Part shown: positions 38,640 to 51,895 of the stretch, one piece after another
How the letters are laid out: each line of letters begins with the position of its first letter
Position numbering within the stretch: position 1 is the stretch's first letter
Assembly: GCF_001194135.2 (NCBI RefSeq)
Contig: NC_068993.1
Span: forward strand, 26,289,958-26,353,957
Direction: 5' to 3'
Length of the DNA: 64,000 nucleotides
From: Octopus bimaculoides
Lineage: Eukaryota
Position numbers and translations under genes: made by a program
The notes under the pieces: model-generated
Databases searched by the model: none
Seen by the model: the letters and a program-made list of their open reading frames with translations, nothing else
What the model was told of the DNA's origin: nothing

Positions 38640-39280
38640 AGGCCTGTCAAACCAAGTGAAATTGTAGTCATGGCTGATGCCAGTGCTATCTGATTGGCAC
38701 CCATGTTGGTGGCACATAAATGGCACCTTCGTGTGTTGGGCCTCATGGAGGCAGTGACATCACACAGAGTGAGATTGTAGTTGTGGCCGATGCAAGTGTA
38801 GCGTAACTAGACCATTAAAAGCACCCTTCAATCGTTTGGTGATACACTGTGCTTGTAAAGATCTGTTGAACTGAGTGAAATCATAGTTGCGGCTGATGCC
38901 AGTGGCGTCTGACTGACACCTATGCTGGTGGCAGATAAAAAGTACCATTTGAGCGTTGGGTCTCGTGGTGGCAGTGACAGGTGACCAAGACCCTTGGCAA
39001 TATACCATGCTTGTGTTGACCTGTCAAACCAAGTGAGACCATAGTCATGGCCAATGCTGGTGTCAGGTCAGTGACACCCATGCTGATGGCACATAGAAAG
39101 CACCCACTACACTCCCAGAGTGGTTGGTGTAAGGAAGAGCATCCAGCCATAGAAACCTTGCCAAATCAGATTGGAACCTGGTGCAAACCCTTGGCTTACC
39201 AGTTTTCATTCAAACTGTCCAACCCATGCCAGCATGGAAAGCAGACATTAAATGATGACGACGACAATGATGATGATGAT
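38640..39280 (+). mobile_element. RTE-tailed non-autonomous repeat with ~4 diverged internal subunits
   Basis: Subunits (ctgtcaaaccaagtga..tagtcatggc.gatgc..gcacataaa) start near 38641, 38761, 38861 and 39018. The tail reads ggtgtaaggaagagcatccagccatagaaacc..cccatgccagcatggaaagcagacattaaat(gat)n. Confidence 0.75.
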
Positions 39281-40398
39281 AATATATATACATTATAAAT
39301 AATGCATACGTACACATGCATGTACATACATGCACACACACACACACACACGCACACACATATATACTTTTTATTATATTTATCATAAGACACAATATAG
39401 CATTATATTATATATATTACACATTTAGAGAATGATTATCTATTTTAATTGATATAACAAGACATTTCAATTTTGCTCAGTATACAAACTTTCAGTTTTC
39501 ATTTGTACTGAAGTCAAAGGGGTTAGTTAACCACATTGGTGATTACTTATGATATACAGTGGAAAATGGCTGTTTAAGGGGTTGGACTCTCTTTGATTGT
39601 GTTTAAACAAATAGTTAATTAATTATTGACATATACCCTTTTGAGGTCAATAAAATATGTACCAGTTGAACACTGGGTTTGATGTAATCAACTTATTGCC
39701 TCCCCTGAACTTGCTGGTCTTGTGCCAAAATTTGAAACCAATTATAGACTTATACACACATACACAAGCACACACTCACATGTACACAAATAGATACAAA
39801 TGCATATACATGCATATACACATGCACACACATATGCACACATGCATACACACACACACACGTACAAGTCTGCACAGACATATATGCAAACATACACATA
39901 TGCAAGCACAGATATGTACACACAATATTAACATGTTATTGCTATCCGTCAAGGTTAAATCTATTGCCAGCTATCATCTTTTAGGTAGAATATAAATCAT
40001 GTGGAACCTTTGTGTAGAATTTGTTGTTTGATCATACCTCACATTGTCAGGAGAAAATAGGTCATGTGATTGACATTTCAGCTGTTCATGTAAAGATTTC
40101 CATTCTTGAGACTACTCACACATCAAAAGCAGCCAGATATTAACCTTAGATTCAAGAAAACTATCTTTAGGAAATGTCAAGTTTGGGTTTTACTAGAATC
40201 ATTGTTAAGACTTCTAGTACATTGTTTGGTTAAACTTTGTCTGACAAATCTGAAGACTGATAATATCTGGTTTCTAAAATAATAGCACTATTTCTGAAAT
40301 TGAAGAAAAAAGAGTTACAATACCATGATGTCAACCAATATTGATCAATGACAGATAGCAGAGGCAAAATGGCTGAGAGGCAGAGATAGTGTGTGTGT

Positions 40399-40487
<89 letters not shown>

Positions 40488-40717
40488 CGTGCGTGTGTTC
40501 ATATCTGTTTCAAGTATTTAGTTGTTATTGTTTTGCTCCAAGTCTACTCTGGGTCTAAGCCATGATATCTCATTGTTTTGCATATCAGGGTCTACAGTAT
40601 GCAATGTATTTAAAATAGTTGGCAGAGTAAGATTTCATCAAATATATTGTAAATTAGCTACAGCTTAAGGTCTTACAATGCTCAGGGATTTCAAAATAAT
40701 TATCAAGCAGATGTGTA

Positions 40718-41106
40718 AGGCACAGGCAGGGCTACGTGGTAGGAAGGTTGCTTCCCAACCACATGGCTCTGGGTTAAATCCCACTGCATGGCAAGTGTCT
40801 TCTACTATAACGTCAGGTCGAACAAAGCCTTGTGAGTGGATTTGATAGATAGAAACCAAAAGAAGCCTATTGTATAAGTGTGTGTGTGTGTGTGTGTGTC
40901 TTTGTGTCTATTTTTGTCCCCCCACCACTACTTGACAACTAGTTTTGGTGTGTTTATGGACCCAAAACTTAGCAGTTAGAAAGAAGAGAACAATAGAATA
41001 AGTACCAGGCTTAAGAAAAAACAAAGTACAGGGGTTGATTCATTTGACAAAAAATTTTTTAAGATAGTGGTCCAGCATGGCGACAGTTTAATGACTGAAA
41101 CAAGTA
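40718..41106 (+). mobile_element. SINE family A, full composite
   Basis: Head, short (TG)n and tail. Confidence 0.85.
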
Positions 41107-42339
41107 ATCGGTAACGGTAATAGATGTTCCTATTGCTTGTGAAGACATTCTGGAATAATTTTTAATATAGAGCCTCTACCTTTTCTAAATTAAGGCTTCA
41201 TCAATAACGCTGATATATAGGGTAAGACATTTGGCTTCTATTTCTGATAGATAAAGTAACTGCATAAAGCTGGAGAGAGAAACCTTTGTTAAAAAGATTC
41301 CTCAGGGATGAACTACAAATATTCAACAAGGGGATAAGAACCAGTAACACTATATCAACATTGAAAAAAATAGTGAATCTTTAATTTTACAAATTCATAT
41401 TTATGTAACTTCTATGAAATTACTATTTCAATGTTATTGGTTTATATAGGTTATTGATTTGTATGGATATTTAGAGGCTTTATCAGTGAATAGTTTCAAA
41501 TTGCAGTGTGAGAGAGAGTTCACCACCCACTGGCATAATAGAACTCCTCTTATATTCTAAAAGTGTGGAAATGATTCCCTACCATTGGCTTACAGAAAGA
41601 TTCATTTATTAAATGAGAAGTACTTCACCTAACTGTAAAGAACTTCTAGAAAGTTTACTTATGAGAGGCTGACATCCTACCCAGAGTTAGTTTTATTTCT
41701 CACCTAATTGTTAGTGACTTTGAGTGAAACTGGAGTGAAATTATAGTGAAACAGGGATGAAGCACATAAAACTGGAGTGAAAATGGAGTGTAATTGATTG
41801 TCTCTACAGTGCATGTATAATAGTGTAAATCTCAGTATATAAATGTATGTGTGTGTATGCATGCCTATGTATGTATGTCTAAGAGTGTTTGTGTATATAT
41901 GTATGTGTATATGTGTGTATGATTGTATTATATATGCATAGATGCATGAAGCTGTTTGCTTCAAAATTGTGTCCCAGGTTTGATCCTATGGTGCAGCATC
42001 TTAGATATGTGTCTTTCACAATAGCCTTAAGTCAACCAAAGTCTTTTAAAGTGAAATTGGGTACATGGAAACTGTGTAAAAACCTGCCTGTTTGACTGTA
42101 CATGCAATTTAAAAATCCAGCCTTGTCATATTGTGTCACACTGATTTTGCTTGAGAATTATATATATTAAGGGTACATGTGTCTATAGACACATCAATAG
42201 TTATGAGAGGCAGAAAGACAAAGGGGTCTGAGATGTCAGAAAGGTAGAGGCACAAGACCTGCCAGCTCCAAGGAACAAAGGCCATTATTGTAATGACAGG
42301 AATGACAGAGAGAGAAGACAGCACACATGTGCACTATAG

Positions 42340-43320
42340 ACTGAATTAGTTCTAGTTAGTAGAGTGGCCCTTCTATGCATGTGATTCAGGATGTTGGTGT
42401 GTCTAGCATCAGCACCATCCTCAATGTAGAGGTGTAATCCACTGCAGGCCTTCAGTTGAGCCTTGTAGATTATCAGCAACTACTGGGGGCTGAAATGCTT
42501 TCTGGACCTGAAGAGAAGGCCCAGTGTTTGGGTCCTAGCTATGTTGAGGATGTACTTTTGCTAATGATAATAAGACACAGTGTTTGAAGCAACTATGAGG
42601 GTTCTAGCTGAGTATCACACGTTTAGTGGCGGTTTGATGTAGCAGTTTTCTTCTTGGTATGAGTAGTGTCTGATTTTGATACTGTTAAAAGAAATATGGT
42701 CAGAATGGTTCCACTGAAGGATTCTCACAATGTCTCTGTTAATGGAATCAATACAGGTTCAGCTTGTCTAGGCTGGTTGTGAATAAAGCAAGGTTGGAGA
42801 AAATTATGGAGGAATGAAGGGTCATGTCATCTGCATAAGATTAAGTGTTGTTGGATGTGACAGCAAGGTCATTGAAAGACAAAAGGAAGAGAGTTGAGAG
42901 CAAATCTAACTCAAGAGAATTCTAGAGTTGATTAAAAAGAGGCAAGATGGAGCCCAGAGGTAAAAAATTTTGATTGGAGATTCACATGCCAGATGGAGTT
43001 GAAGGCTTTGCAGATATCTCGGGCAACATATTGTTTTCACTGAGCCTACTGGTGAGTGACATAATAAAGCAGGCTTTGAAGCAGATTTGTCTCTCTGAAA
43101 GCCAGACTGGTGGTCACTGAAGGGAGAGAGAAATTCAAAGTACTGGAGAATATTATTGTTAATAGTTGGCTCCTTCACATTAGAGATGTTAAAGATGGGG
43201 CTAATAGTATAATAGTTGGCCAGGTCAAAGGTGTTGCCTTTCTTTGGAACAGAGTATACTGAAGCATGCTTCAAAGTGTCAGGGTACGTCCCTGTAGAGA
43301 GAGTGAGATTAAAGAGTTTG
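42340..43320 (-). pseudogene. Decayed CR1/L2-type (Jockey-group) LINE reverse transcriptase
   Basis: Minus strand reads KHASVYSVPKKG..NY..IS..E..SDHQSGFQR, TLFLLSFNDL..YADD (42826-42837), LGLLFRSRKHFSPQ.LLIIYKAQ. It contains many stops. Confidence 0.85.
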
Positions 43321-43689
43321 GTGAACGTATGTGTTTTGACTAATCTTTATGCATGTGAATATGTGTGTCTGTAACTACCAACTAGGACTGTATAAGCCTT
43401 AAAGGTGAAAGAGCTCAGTGAGAAGGGTGTGACAGATGTGTTTCTCACAGAATGATACACAGCACGATATGATATAATGACAGAAGTAATGGTAAATTGG
43501 TTGAGAATTACTGAATTGTTGGGTTAGGCCTAATTTAAAAGAAAGCTTAGGTGGTTGTTGTGACTTGTAAAGGAGGTGTTTCTGACCTAGAGGGAGAGAA
43601 AGAGAGGGATAGAAAGAGAGAGAGGGAGGAAAAAAGAAAAAGGGAGAGAGATGGTAAATGAATGCTACATAAAATATTAGCGATAGCAA

Positions 43690-43822
43690 AAGAGAAAGTG
43701 CATATATATATATATATATGATATATGTATGTATATATATATATGTACGTGTATATGTATACACACACACACACACACACATATATATATGTATGTATAT
43801 ATATATGTACGTGTATATGTAT

Positions 43823-43854
<32 letters not shown>

Positions 43855-43878
43855 CTATGTATATANNNNNNNNNNNNN

Positions 43879-43923
<45 letters not shown>

Positions 43924-44180
43924 TATAATTGAATGATGTGTATGTGTGAGTAATTATACACACACATATATATTTACACATATATATAGACATAAATACA
44001 CATGCACATAAAAATATATATGCACATACATATATACACTCATAAATACATATAATATATAAAAAATGTATACTTACATATATATATATATATATATATA
44101 ATACAAATAATATGTGAGTATATGCATATATATGTACATGTATGTACATACCTACATCTACATGTATATATAGATATATA
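43690..44180. repeat. (TA)n/(CA)n compound microsatellite (similar block at 44440-44750)
   Basis: Direct reading. Confidence 0.9.
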
Positions 44181-45220
44181 AAAGACCAAGAGAGAAGAGG
44201 GTGAGAGAGGATGTGCAAAGTTATTGCTTTATGCCCAGTTAAGTTTATTTCTTATCTAGTTGTCTCCACAGTTGGATTGTAGATAAAAGTGAATTTTAAC
44301 ACGTCCACTGCTTGTGGCAGAGAATTGGTATATTGACTGGAAATAATTATCCTGGCTAATGGCAGGGTGATTCCTTTATTTAGTGCTTCAATAGCTGACA
44401 GTTGTATCATGAAGTGTGACTAGTTAGCTTGAAGATGTGATTAGACATACATACTTGCATACATACATATTACATACACATATACATACATACATACGTA
44501 CAAATATACATACATATGTACATATATACATATGTACATACATACATGCACAGACACACTCCCATGTGAATATTTATAAATATACACACGTATAAATGTG
44601 TGTGTGTATATATATATATATATACACACATACATATATACATACATGCATATATACATACATATATATGTATTTATGTATAAATGCGTATAAAGGAGTA
44701 TGTATATATATATCTATGTATGTAAATAATGTGCGTGTGTGTATGTACACCTGCACTCACCCCCTTACCCCCATTACTTTGTTTCTGCCGCCATACACTC
44801 CACTTAGCCATCCACCGCTATTTTGGCTCTTCTTTAGTCATCAGTCTCTCTTCTATTCATCTTCTCTGCCTATGCTTTAAGTAAAAAGATACATCATTAA
44901 GTAGTCACACTACTACATGGTGAAGGCAATTTTTATCAATGTTGATGCCATGGTAAGTGGGGACAATACTGAGTCAAGAGGACGTTCTCATTTTGTTGAA
45001 GATATCACGACCACTATTAGCACCAGTGACATAATAAAATACATCCCAGTACAAAGTGGTTGGTTATGCAAAGGGCATTGAGCCATTGAATATAAGTCTT
45101 CTGACCCTATCTAGAATGGCAGTAAATCTAAGTAAGTACTGCCTGAGACGATTGTTACTCTCTCTCTATCTTTCTCACTCTCACTCTCTCTCTCTCTCAC
45201 TCTCTTTCTCTTTCTGTAAA

Positions 45221-45263
<43 letters not shown>

Positions 45264-45984
45264 NNNNNNNNNNNNNNNNNNNNNNNNNNNNNNNNNNNNN
45301 NNNNNNNNNNNNNNNNNNNNNNNNNNNNNNNNNNNNNNNNNNNNNNNNNNNNNNNNNNNNNNNNNNNNNNNNNNNNNNNNNNNNNNNNNNNNNNNNNNNN
45401 NNNNNNNNNNNNNNNNNNNNNNNNNNNNNNNNNNNNNNNNNNNNNNNNNNNNNNNNNNNNNNNNNNNNNNNNNNNNNNNNNNNNNNNNNNNNNNNNNNNN
45501 NNNNNNNNNNNNNNNNNNNNNNNNNNNNNNNNNNNNNNNNNNNNNNNNNNNNNNNNNNNNNNNNNNNNNNNNNNNNNNNNNNNNNNNNNNNNNNNNNNNN
45601 NNNNNNNNNNNNNNNNNNNNNNNNNNNNNNNNNNNNNNNNNNNNNNNNNNNNNNNNNNNNNNNNNNNNNNNNNNNNNNNNNNNNNNNNNNNNNNNNNNNN
45701 NNNNNNNNNNNNNNNNNNNNNNNNNNNNNNNNNNNNNNNNNNNNNNNNNNNNNNNNNNNNNNNNNNNNNNNNNNNNNNNNNNNNNNNNNNNNNNNNNNNN
45801 NNNNNNNNNNNNNNNNNNNNNNNNNNNNNNNNNNNNNNNNNNNNNNNNNNNNNNNNNNNNNNNNNNNNNNNNNNNNNNNNNNNNNNNNNNNNNNNNNNNN
45901 NNNNNNNNNNNNNNNNNNNNNNNNNNNNNNNNNNNNNNNNNNNNNNNNNNNNNNNNNNNNNNNNNNNNNNNNNNNNNNNNNNNN

Positions 45985-46390
45985 TATATTCTTTTATTCT
46001 TTTACTTGTTTGTCATTTGACTGTCGCCATGCTGGAGCACTGCCTTTAGTCGAGCAAATCGACCCCAAGACTTATTCTTTGGAAGCCTAGTACTTATTCT
46101 ATCGGTCTCTTTTGCCGAACCGCTAAGTTACGGGGACGTAAACACACCAGCATCGGTTGTCAAGTGATGGTGGGGGAACAAACACAGACACACAAACATA
46201 TACACACACATACATATATATATACATATATATGACGGGCTTCTTTCAGTTTCCATCTACCAAATCCACTCACAAGGCTTTGGTCGGCTCGAAGCTATAG
46301 TAGAAGACACTTGCCCAAGGTGCTATGCAGTAGGACTGAACCCAGAACCATGTGGTTCATAAGTAAGCTATTTACCACACAGCCACTCCT
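45985..46390 (-). mobile_element. SINE family A, full and least diverged copy
   Basis: CpG-rich tail (gccgaaccgctaagttacggggacgtaaacacaccagcatcggttgtc) plus head. Confidence 0.9.
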
Positions 46391-46790
46391 ATTATTAAAG
46401 CTGCAAAAACATCACAAAAAAACTGCTACGTAGATTTTCACGTTCCAATTTGTCAGGCAGTTGTGATCAAAAATGGAATAAAAATTGTGCTTGTATGTAT
46501 AATGTATATTTTGATATGTTTCAAATTCATGGAGACGGTAAGTATAAATTTTATTTTATATTTCATATTTACTGTCTCATCTTGCATATTTCTGAAAGAC
46601 CATTAGTAAAATCAACCAATCAAATTCAAATGTGAATCTGTCAATTTGAAACATATCAAAATATACATTATACGTACAATGACAGTTTTTATTCCATTTT
46701 TGCTCACAACTGCCTGATGAATGGGAACGTGAAACTCTGTGTAGCAGTTATTTTGTGATATTTTTGTGATGTTTTTGCAGTTTTAATAAT
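46391..46790. mobile_element. Palindromic element with ~140-bp inverted arms, each carrying a hammerhead motif
   Basis: 46391-46527 is the reverse complement of 46643-46790. The spacer contains a nested hairpin (46532-46578). Confidence 0.85.
46704..46758 (+). ncRNA. Type I hammerhead ribozyme with a complete canonical core
   Basis: TCAC AACTGC-CUGAUGA-AUG(GGAA)CGU-GAAA-C UCUGU G-U-A^GCAGUU AUUUU GUGA. All invariant core residues are present, with a 6-bp stem I extended across a bulge, a GNRA-capped stem II and a GUA cleavage triplet. Confidence 0.75.
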
Positions 46791-47662
46791 AAAGCATATT
46801 GCTCTACCTCAAGTATTTGAGTACTATTTTTTCTGAGCTTGTTTCACATCTATGTGCTGACTTGAGTGTATATATATATATATATATNNNNNNNNNNNNN
46901 NNNNNNNNNNNNNNNNNNNNNNNNNNNNNNNNNNNNNNNNNNNNNNNNNNNNNNNNNNNNNNNNNNNNNNNNNNNNNNNNNNNNNNNNNNNNNNNNNNNN
47001 NNNNNNNNNNNNNNNNNNNNNNNNNNNNNNNNNNNNNNNNNNNNNNNNNNNNNNNNNNNNNNNNNNNNNNNNNNNNNNNNNNNNNNNNNNNNNNNNNNNN
47101 NNNNNNNNNNNNNNNNNNNNNNNNNNNNNNNNNNNNNNNNNNNNNNNNNNNNNNNNNNNNNNNNNNNNNNNNNNNNNNNNNNNNNNNNNNNNNNNNNNNN
47201 NNNNNNNNNNNNNNNNNNNNNNNNNNNNNNNNNNNNNNNNNNNNNNNNNNNNNNNNNNNNNNNNNNNNNNNNNNNNNNNNNNNNNNNNNNNNNNNNNNNN
47301 NNNNNNNNNNNNNNNNNNNNNNNNNNNNNNNNNNNNNNNNNNNNNNNNNNNNNNNNNNNNNNNNNNNNNNNNNNNNNNNNNNNNNNNNNNNNNNNNNNNN
47401 NNNNNNNNNNNNNNNNNNNNNNNNNNNNNNNNNNNNNNNNNNNNNNNNNNNNNNNNNNNNNNNNNNNNNNNNNNNNNNNNNNNNNNNNNNNNNNNNNNNN
47501 NNNNNNNNNNNNNNNNNNNNNNNNNNNNNNNNNNNNNNNNNNNNNNNNNNNNNNNNNNNNNNNNNNNNNNNNNNNNNNNNNNNNNNNNNNNNNNNNNNNN
47601 NNNNNNNNNNNNNNNNNNNNNNNNNNNNNNNNNNNNNNNNNNNNNNNNNNNNNNNNNATATA

Positions 47663-47695
<33 letters not shown>

Positions 47696-47697
47696 CT

Positions 47698-47812
47698 AGG
47701 TGTCTATTTGTCCACAACACTGCTAGACAACCAGTGCTGGTGTGTTTATGTCCCCATAACTTAGCAGCACAGCAAAAGAAAGCAATAAAATAAGTACCAG
47801 GCTTTAAACAGT
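47698..47812 (+). mobile_element. SINE family A tail, truncated by a family B SINE
   Basis: gtctatttgtcc..ctagacaaccagtgctgg..aataagtaccaggcttta. Confidence 0.75.
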
Positions 47813-47819
47813 AAGTAAG

Positions 47820-48050
47820 AAAGGCGTCAAGCTAGCAGAAACATTAGCAAACCGGGCTAAATATTTAGCAGTATTTCGTCTGCCGTTACGTTCTGAGTTC
47901 AAATTCTGCCGAGGTCAACCAGTTATGCACTGGGGTCAAGTTAAGTACCAGTTATGCACTGGGGTCAATGGAATCGATTTAATCCCTTTGTCTGTCCTTG
48001 TTTGTCCCCTCTATGTTTAGCCCCTTGTGGGCAATAGAAAAATAAGAAAG
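47820..48050 (+). mobile_element. SINE family B, near full length
   Basis: ggcgtcaagctagcagaaacattagc..gttctgagttcaaattctgccgaggtc..gccccttgtgggcaatagaaaaataagaa. Confidence 0.85.
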
Positions 48051-48438
48051 GTTTATGACTTTGACAAATACATTTTCACTGAGCATCACCTCTTGGAGAC
48101 AAACTGTTGTCCTTCTTAGCTCTCCATAAAATCTTTAACTTTAGAGATCTTTAATATTATAATTTCTGTTTAACGTGTTAAACATGTTAAATTAAATTTG
48201 TTTGTGCATTCAACACCTACATAAATACAGAAAGATGCACACATAAACCAAGATATGCATATAGGTGCAAGCATGGCTGTGTGGTAAGAAGCTTGTTTCT
48301 CAATCACATGGTGCCTGGTTCACTCCCGCTGTGTGTCATCTCGGTCAAGTGTCTTCTACTATAGTTGATGGTTGACCATAGCCTTGTGACTGGATTTATT
48401 TAGTAAACAGAAACTGAAAGAAGACCATTGTGTATATA

Positions 48439-48683
48439 CAGGGTGTGATGGGTAAATTGATGCCATTTTATATTTTTAATTTCGCGCATGCGCATTGTAC
48501 GTTTTTGATTTTGTCGACTACACAGTATAGTAGGGTCAGTTGGGCGCCATCTGAGAGAAAACCAGCACCAGGACACAATTCACTCTGCCAAAAATTTGGA
48601 AACGACATGCTGTACTGCTTGGCATTTGCACCAGAAGCATTGATACAAACATTTCATAGTGTTTGGGTGTCAGTCTGAGGACA
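48439..48683 (+). mobile_element. maT/DD37D-like transposon left end
   Basis: TA|cagggtgtgatgggtaaattgatgccatttt; colinear with 11631-11850. Confidence 0.8.
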
Positions 48684-49164
48684 TATACTATGTATGTGCG
48701 TGTATGTGTGTGTGTGTGTGTGTGTGCGTATGTGTGTGTGTGAGAGAGAGGGAGATAGAGAGAGAGAGAGAGAGAGAATTGCTCACATAATAAACATGAC
48801 TATATATTCTGAGTATTCCAAATGAATCATAATGTAATCCTTGTATTATCCTTTGTACATCCTGATGATTTTTCATATAATGCAAAATTACATATAAGGT
48901 ACATTAAAAATATAAGGTACATTAAAATGCAAAATTACATTGTTTGTGAAATGAAACAATTATAGGTGAATATGTTAATTAATTAATAAATTAATTTTTA
49001 TCCATTAGATTTCTCTGTTTTCTAACTCAATAATAATATTTGATATTTTACGATATTTCATATAATATATTCATAGAAGAAAAATCTCTTCAAAATACAA
49101 TATATTAATCCAGTGTATCTTGGATAAAAATATCCCTATAGGAGGTTTAAATATCCTCATTGTG

Positions 49165-49203
<39 letters not shown>

Positions 49204-49444
49204 CATCAGTTGTTCATATATCTGAAAAGAAGCACCCTCCAGAACATTAGGGCAGTAAGATATGTTTTTAAAAAGTTGATTGTTAATGCTGATCAGAGAG
49301 TGACCATTGGTTTCACACCTATAAAGCTATATAGGCGACATTTGAGTCTCATGAGTCACCTATGTCTACGCACTTTATATGTGTGAAACCGATGGCCATT
49401 CTCTGACCAGCTATAACAATCAACTTCCTAAATATATATATATA

Positions 49445-49968
49445 CAGGGTGCAATGGGTAAATTGTCACCATTTTATATTTTTAATTTTGTGCATTGTTT
49501 GCTTTTGATTTTGTTGACTACACAGTATAGTATGATCAGTTGGGCACCATCTGTGAGAAAAACAGCACCATGATGCAATTCACTCCACCAGAAATTTGGA
49601 AACGACATGCTGTACTGCTTGGCATTCGCACCAGAAACTCCAATACAACTATTTCAGAGTGTTTGGGTGTCAATCTGAGGACAGTGCAATCTGAAGACAT
49701 GTAGTGAGAGTGATAAAAATCAAACATCCGATCAACATCATAGTGTTTGGAGTGATCACTATTGATGACGGTGTTATGTCTCCATTCACCTTCCACATAG
49801 CCTCAGACACAACACAGAGGCCTACATTAGGTGCCTGGATGAGGTAGTGCTGCTCTGGGTCAAGAAGGTGGCTGCTAGAAGGACCCCATGTCTGCACCAT
49901 TCCACACAAGCAGGAGAATCCAGTCATGGCTGTCAGACAATTTCTGCAACCACATCACACCTAACATC
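49445..49968 (+). mobile_element. maT/DD37D-like deletion derivative: left end fused to the catalytic core
   Basis: TA|cagggtgcaatgggtaaattg.., then RVIKIKHPINIIVFGVITIDDG..YIRCLDEVVLLWVKK..APFHTSRRIQSWLSDNF..IWPFNSP. Confidence 0.8.
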
Positions 49969-49984
49969 TGGCCATTTAACTCCC

Positions 49985-51895
49985 CAGAAATCTAAAAATG
50001 TATAAACATCATCAAAGTTGGTAAAAAACAAAAGTGAATTAGTGAAAAAGCCTAGAAGTGGTCGCGAGTGAGTAAATGTTGACCTTGAGAATATTATTCA
50101 CATGCTGCCATATGTGAATGATATTTATTACAATATAGTGTATTCTATGAATATGAGGTAGATCTTAGTAAAAGACCTAAATACTGAATTGAATCAAACA
50201 TTTTTGCAATATTGGTTTCCAATTTTGGCAGAAGGCCATTAAATCCAGAGGGGAGGGAAGTTGATTACATCAACCTCAGTACTCAGCTAATACTCATTTA
50301 ATTGAGTACAGAAAAGATAAAAACAACCTTGGCAGAATTTGTACTCAGAATGTAAAGGCAGATGAAATGCTAGGAAGCTTTCAGCCTGCATGTTAATGAC
50401 TCAGCCAGCTCGTCATTTTAGTACTGCAATAAGTAATAATATTACTTGAAAATTGTTTTACGTACTTTTTTGGCATATTTAGCTTATATAATAACTTTTT
50501 TCATTTTGAATATTTTTTGAAAAGATTAACTCCAAGACACTCATTTTGATGAGTTCTGTCATATGAGCTGAACAAGAACAAAATTTTATACAGAAAAACA
50601 AAATGTTTAGGTTTTGAATTTGCTTTTAGGGGTTACCATTGTTTTCAGCACATTTGGCCCCAGTAGTTTTTTTATTTAAAAAATTTTTTATATATATAAT
50701 TAGCATCAAGGGATTCTAGTAGTCGAGGTCTGTCAGAAAAGTTNNNNNNNNNNAAATTTTATACAGAAAAACAAAATGTTTAGGTTTTGAATTTGCTTTT
50801 AGGGGTTACCATTGTTTTCAGCACATTTGGCCCCAGTAGTTTTTTTATTTAAAAAATTTTTTATATATATAATTAGCATCAAGGGATTCTAGTAGTCGAG
50901 GTCTGTCAGAAAAGTTAAATTTAAATATAGTCTTCTTTTGAAAGAAGAATAATATTTGGAGTCAAAGTCGATTTCAGGCATTAATCACTATTTATTTTTC
51001 ACTGGTTTTTACCTCAGTACTTCTTTCTACTGAATATTTTTGCATATAACTAACAGGGATAGATTCCTGTCATCGAGATCTATCCTATAGGCTAAAATAA
51101 AATATAGATTTATTTTTTAAAAAAAATTTGAACTCCAAAGTTGATTTCTCCTATTTGTGTGGTCTCACATATTTGACTCAAACTTTTTTTTTCTACTGAA
51201 CTAATTTTCAAATTTTTTAGCTTGAAATGTAGCTTACGATGTGACCAATCTAAAACTGTAATCATCATCTAATTTGGTTAAAGACTGAGTAAATGCTGAC
51301 CTTAAGAATAATATATGTTTTTTTGAAGAGATTAACACCACAACACTCATCTTAATGAGTTCTATCATATGAGGTAAAAAGAAAAAGTGTTTAGGTTTTG
51401 AATTTGACTTTAGGTACTACCACTTTTTTAGGCACATTTGGAGCCAGTAGAATTTTATTAAAAAAATTTTTTATATATAACTGGCATCATTGGATTACTC
51501 TAGTGGAGATCTATCAGAAAAGTTAAAGTTAAATATAGTTTCCTTTTGAAATAAGAATAATATCTGGAGTCAAAGTCGATTTCAAGTGTTAGTCTCCTTT
51601 TTTTTTCACCGGTTTTTACCTCAGTACCTTTTTAACTACTGAATATTTCTGCATATAAGTAACATGGATAGATGTCACTTGTTGAGCTCTATCATGTAAG
51701 CTAAAATAAAATAAAGATTTCTTTAAAGAAAAATATTTGGACTCAAAATCAATTTCAGATGTTACTCTCCTGTTTTTGACCTCACATATTTTACTGAAAC
51801 CATTTCTCTACCAAAGCAATTTTCAAATTTTGTAGCTGAAATGTAGCTTGGGATGTGACCAATCTAAAAATGCAAGCATCATCTAATTTGGTTAA
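49985..51895. repeat. Diverged tandem repeat with a ~610-bp AT-rich unit
   Basis: Shared anchors: gagtaaatg.tgacctt.agaata (50069, 51286), agattaac.cc (50520, 51330), catcatctaatttggttaa (51263, 51877; partial at ~50008). Confidence 0.75.

Noticed and set aside
50580-50917. Exact ~164-bp direct repeat around a 10-N gap (similar case at 55105-55366)
   Set aside because: Contig-overlap artefact, unlike the diverged 610-bp units around it.
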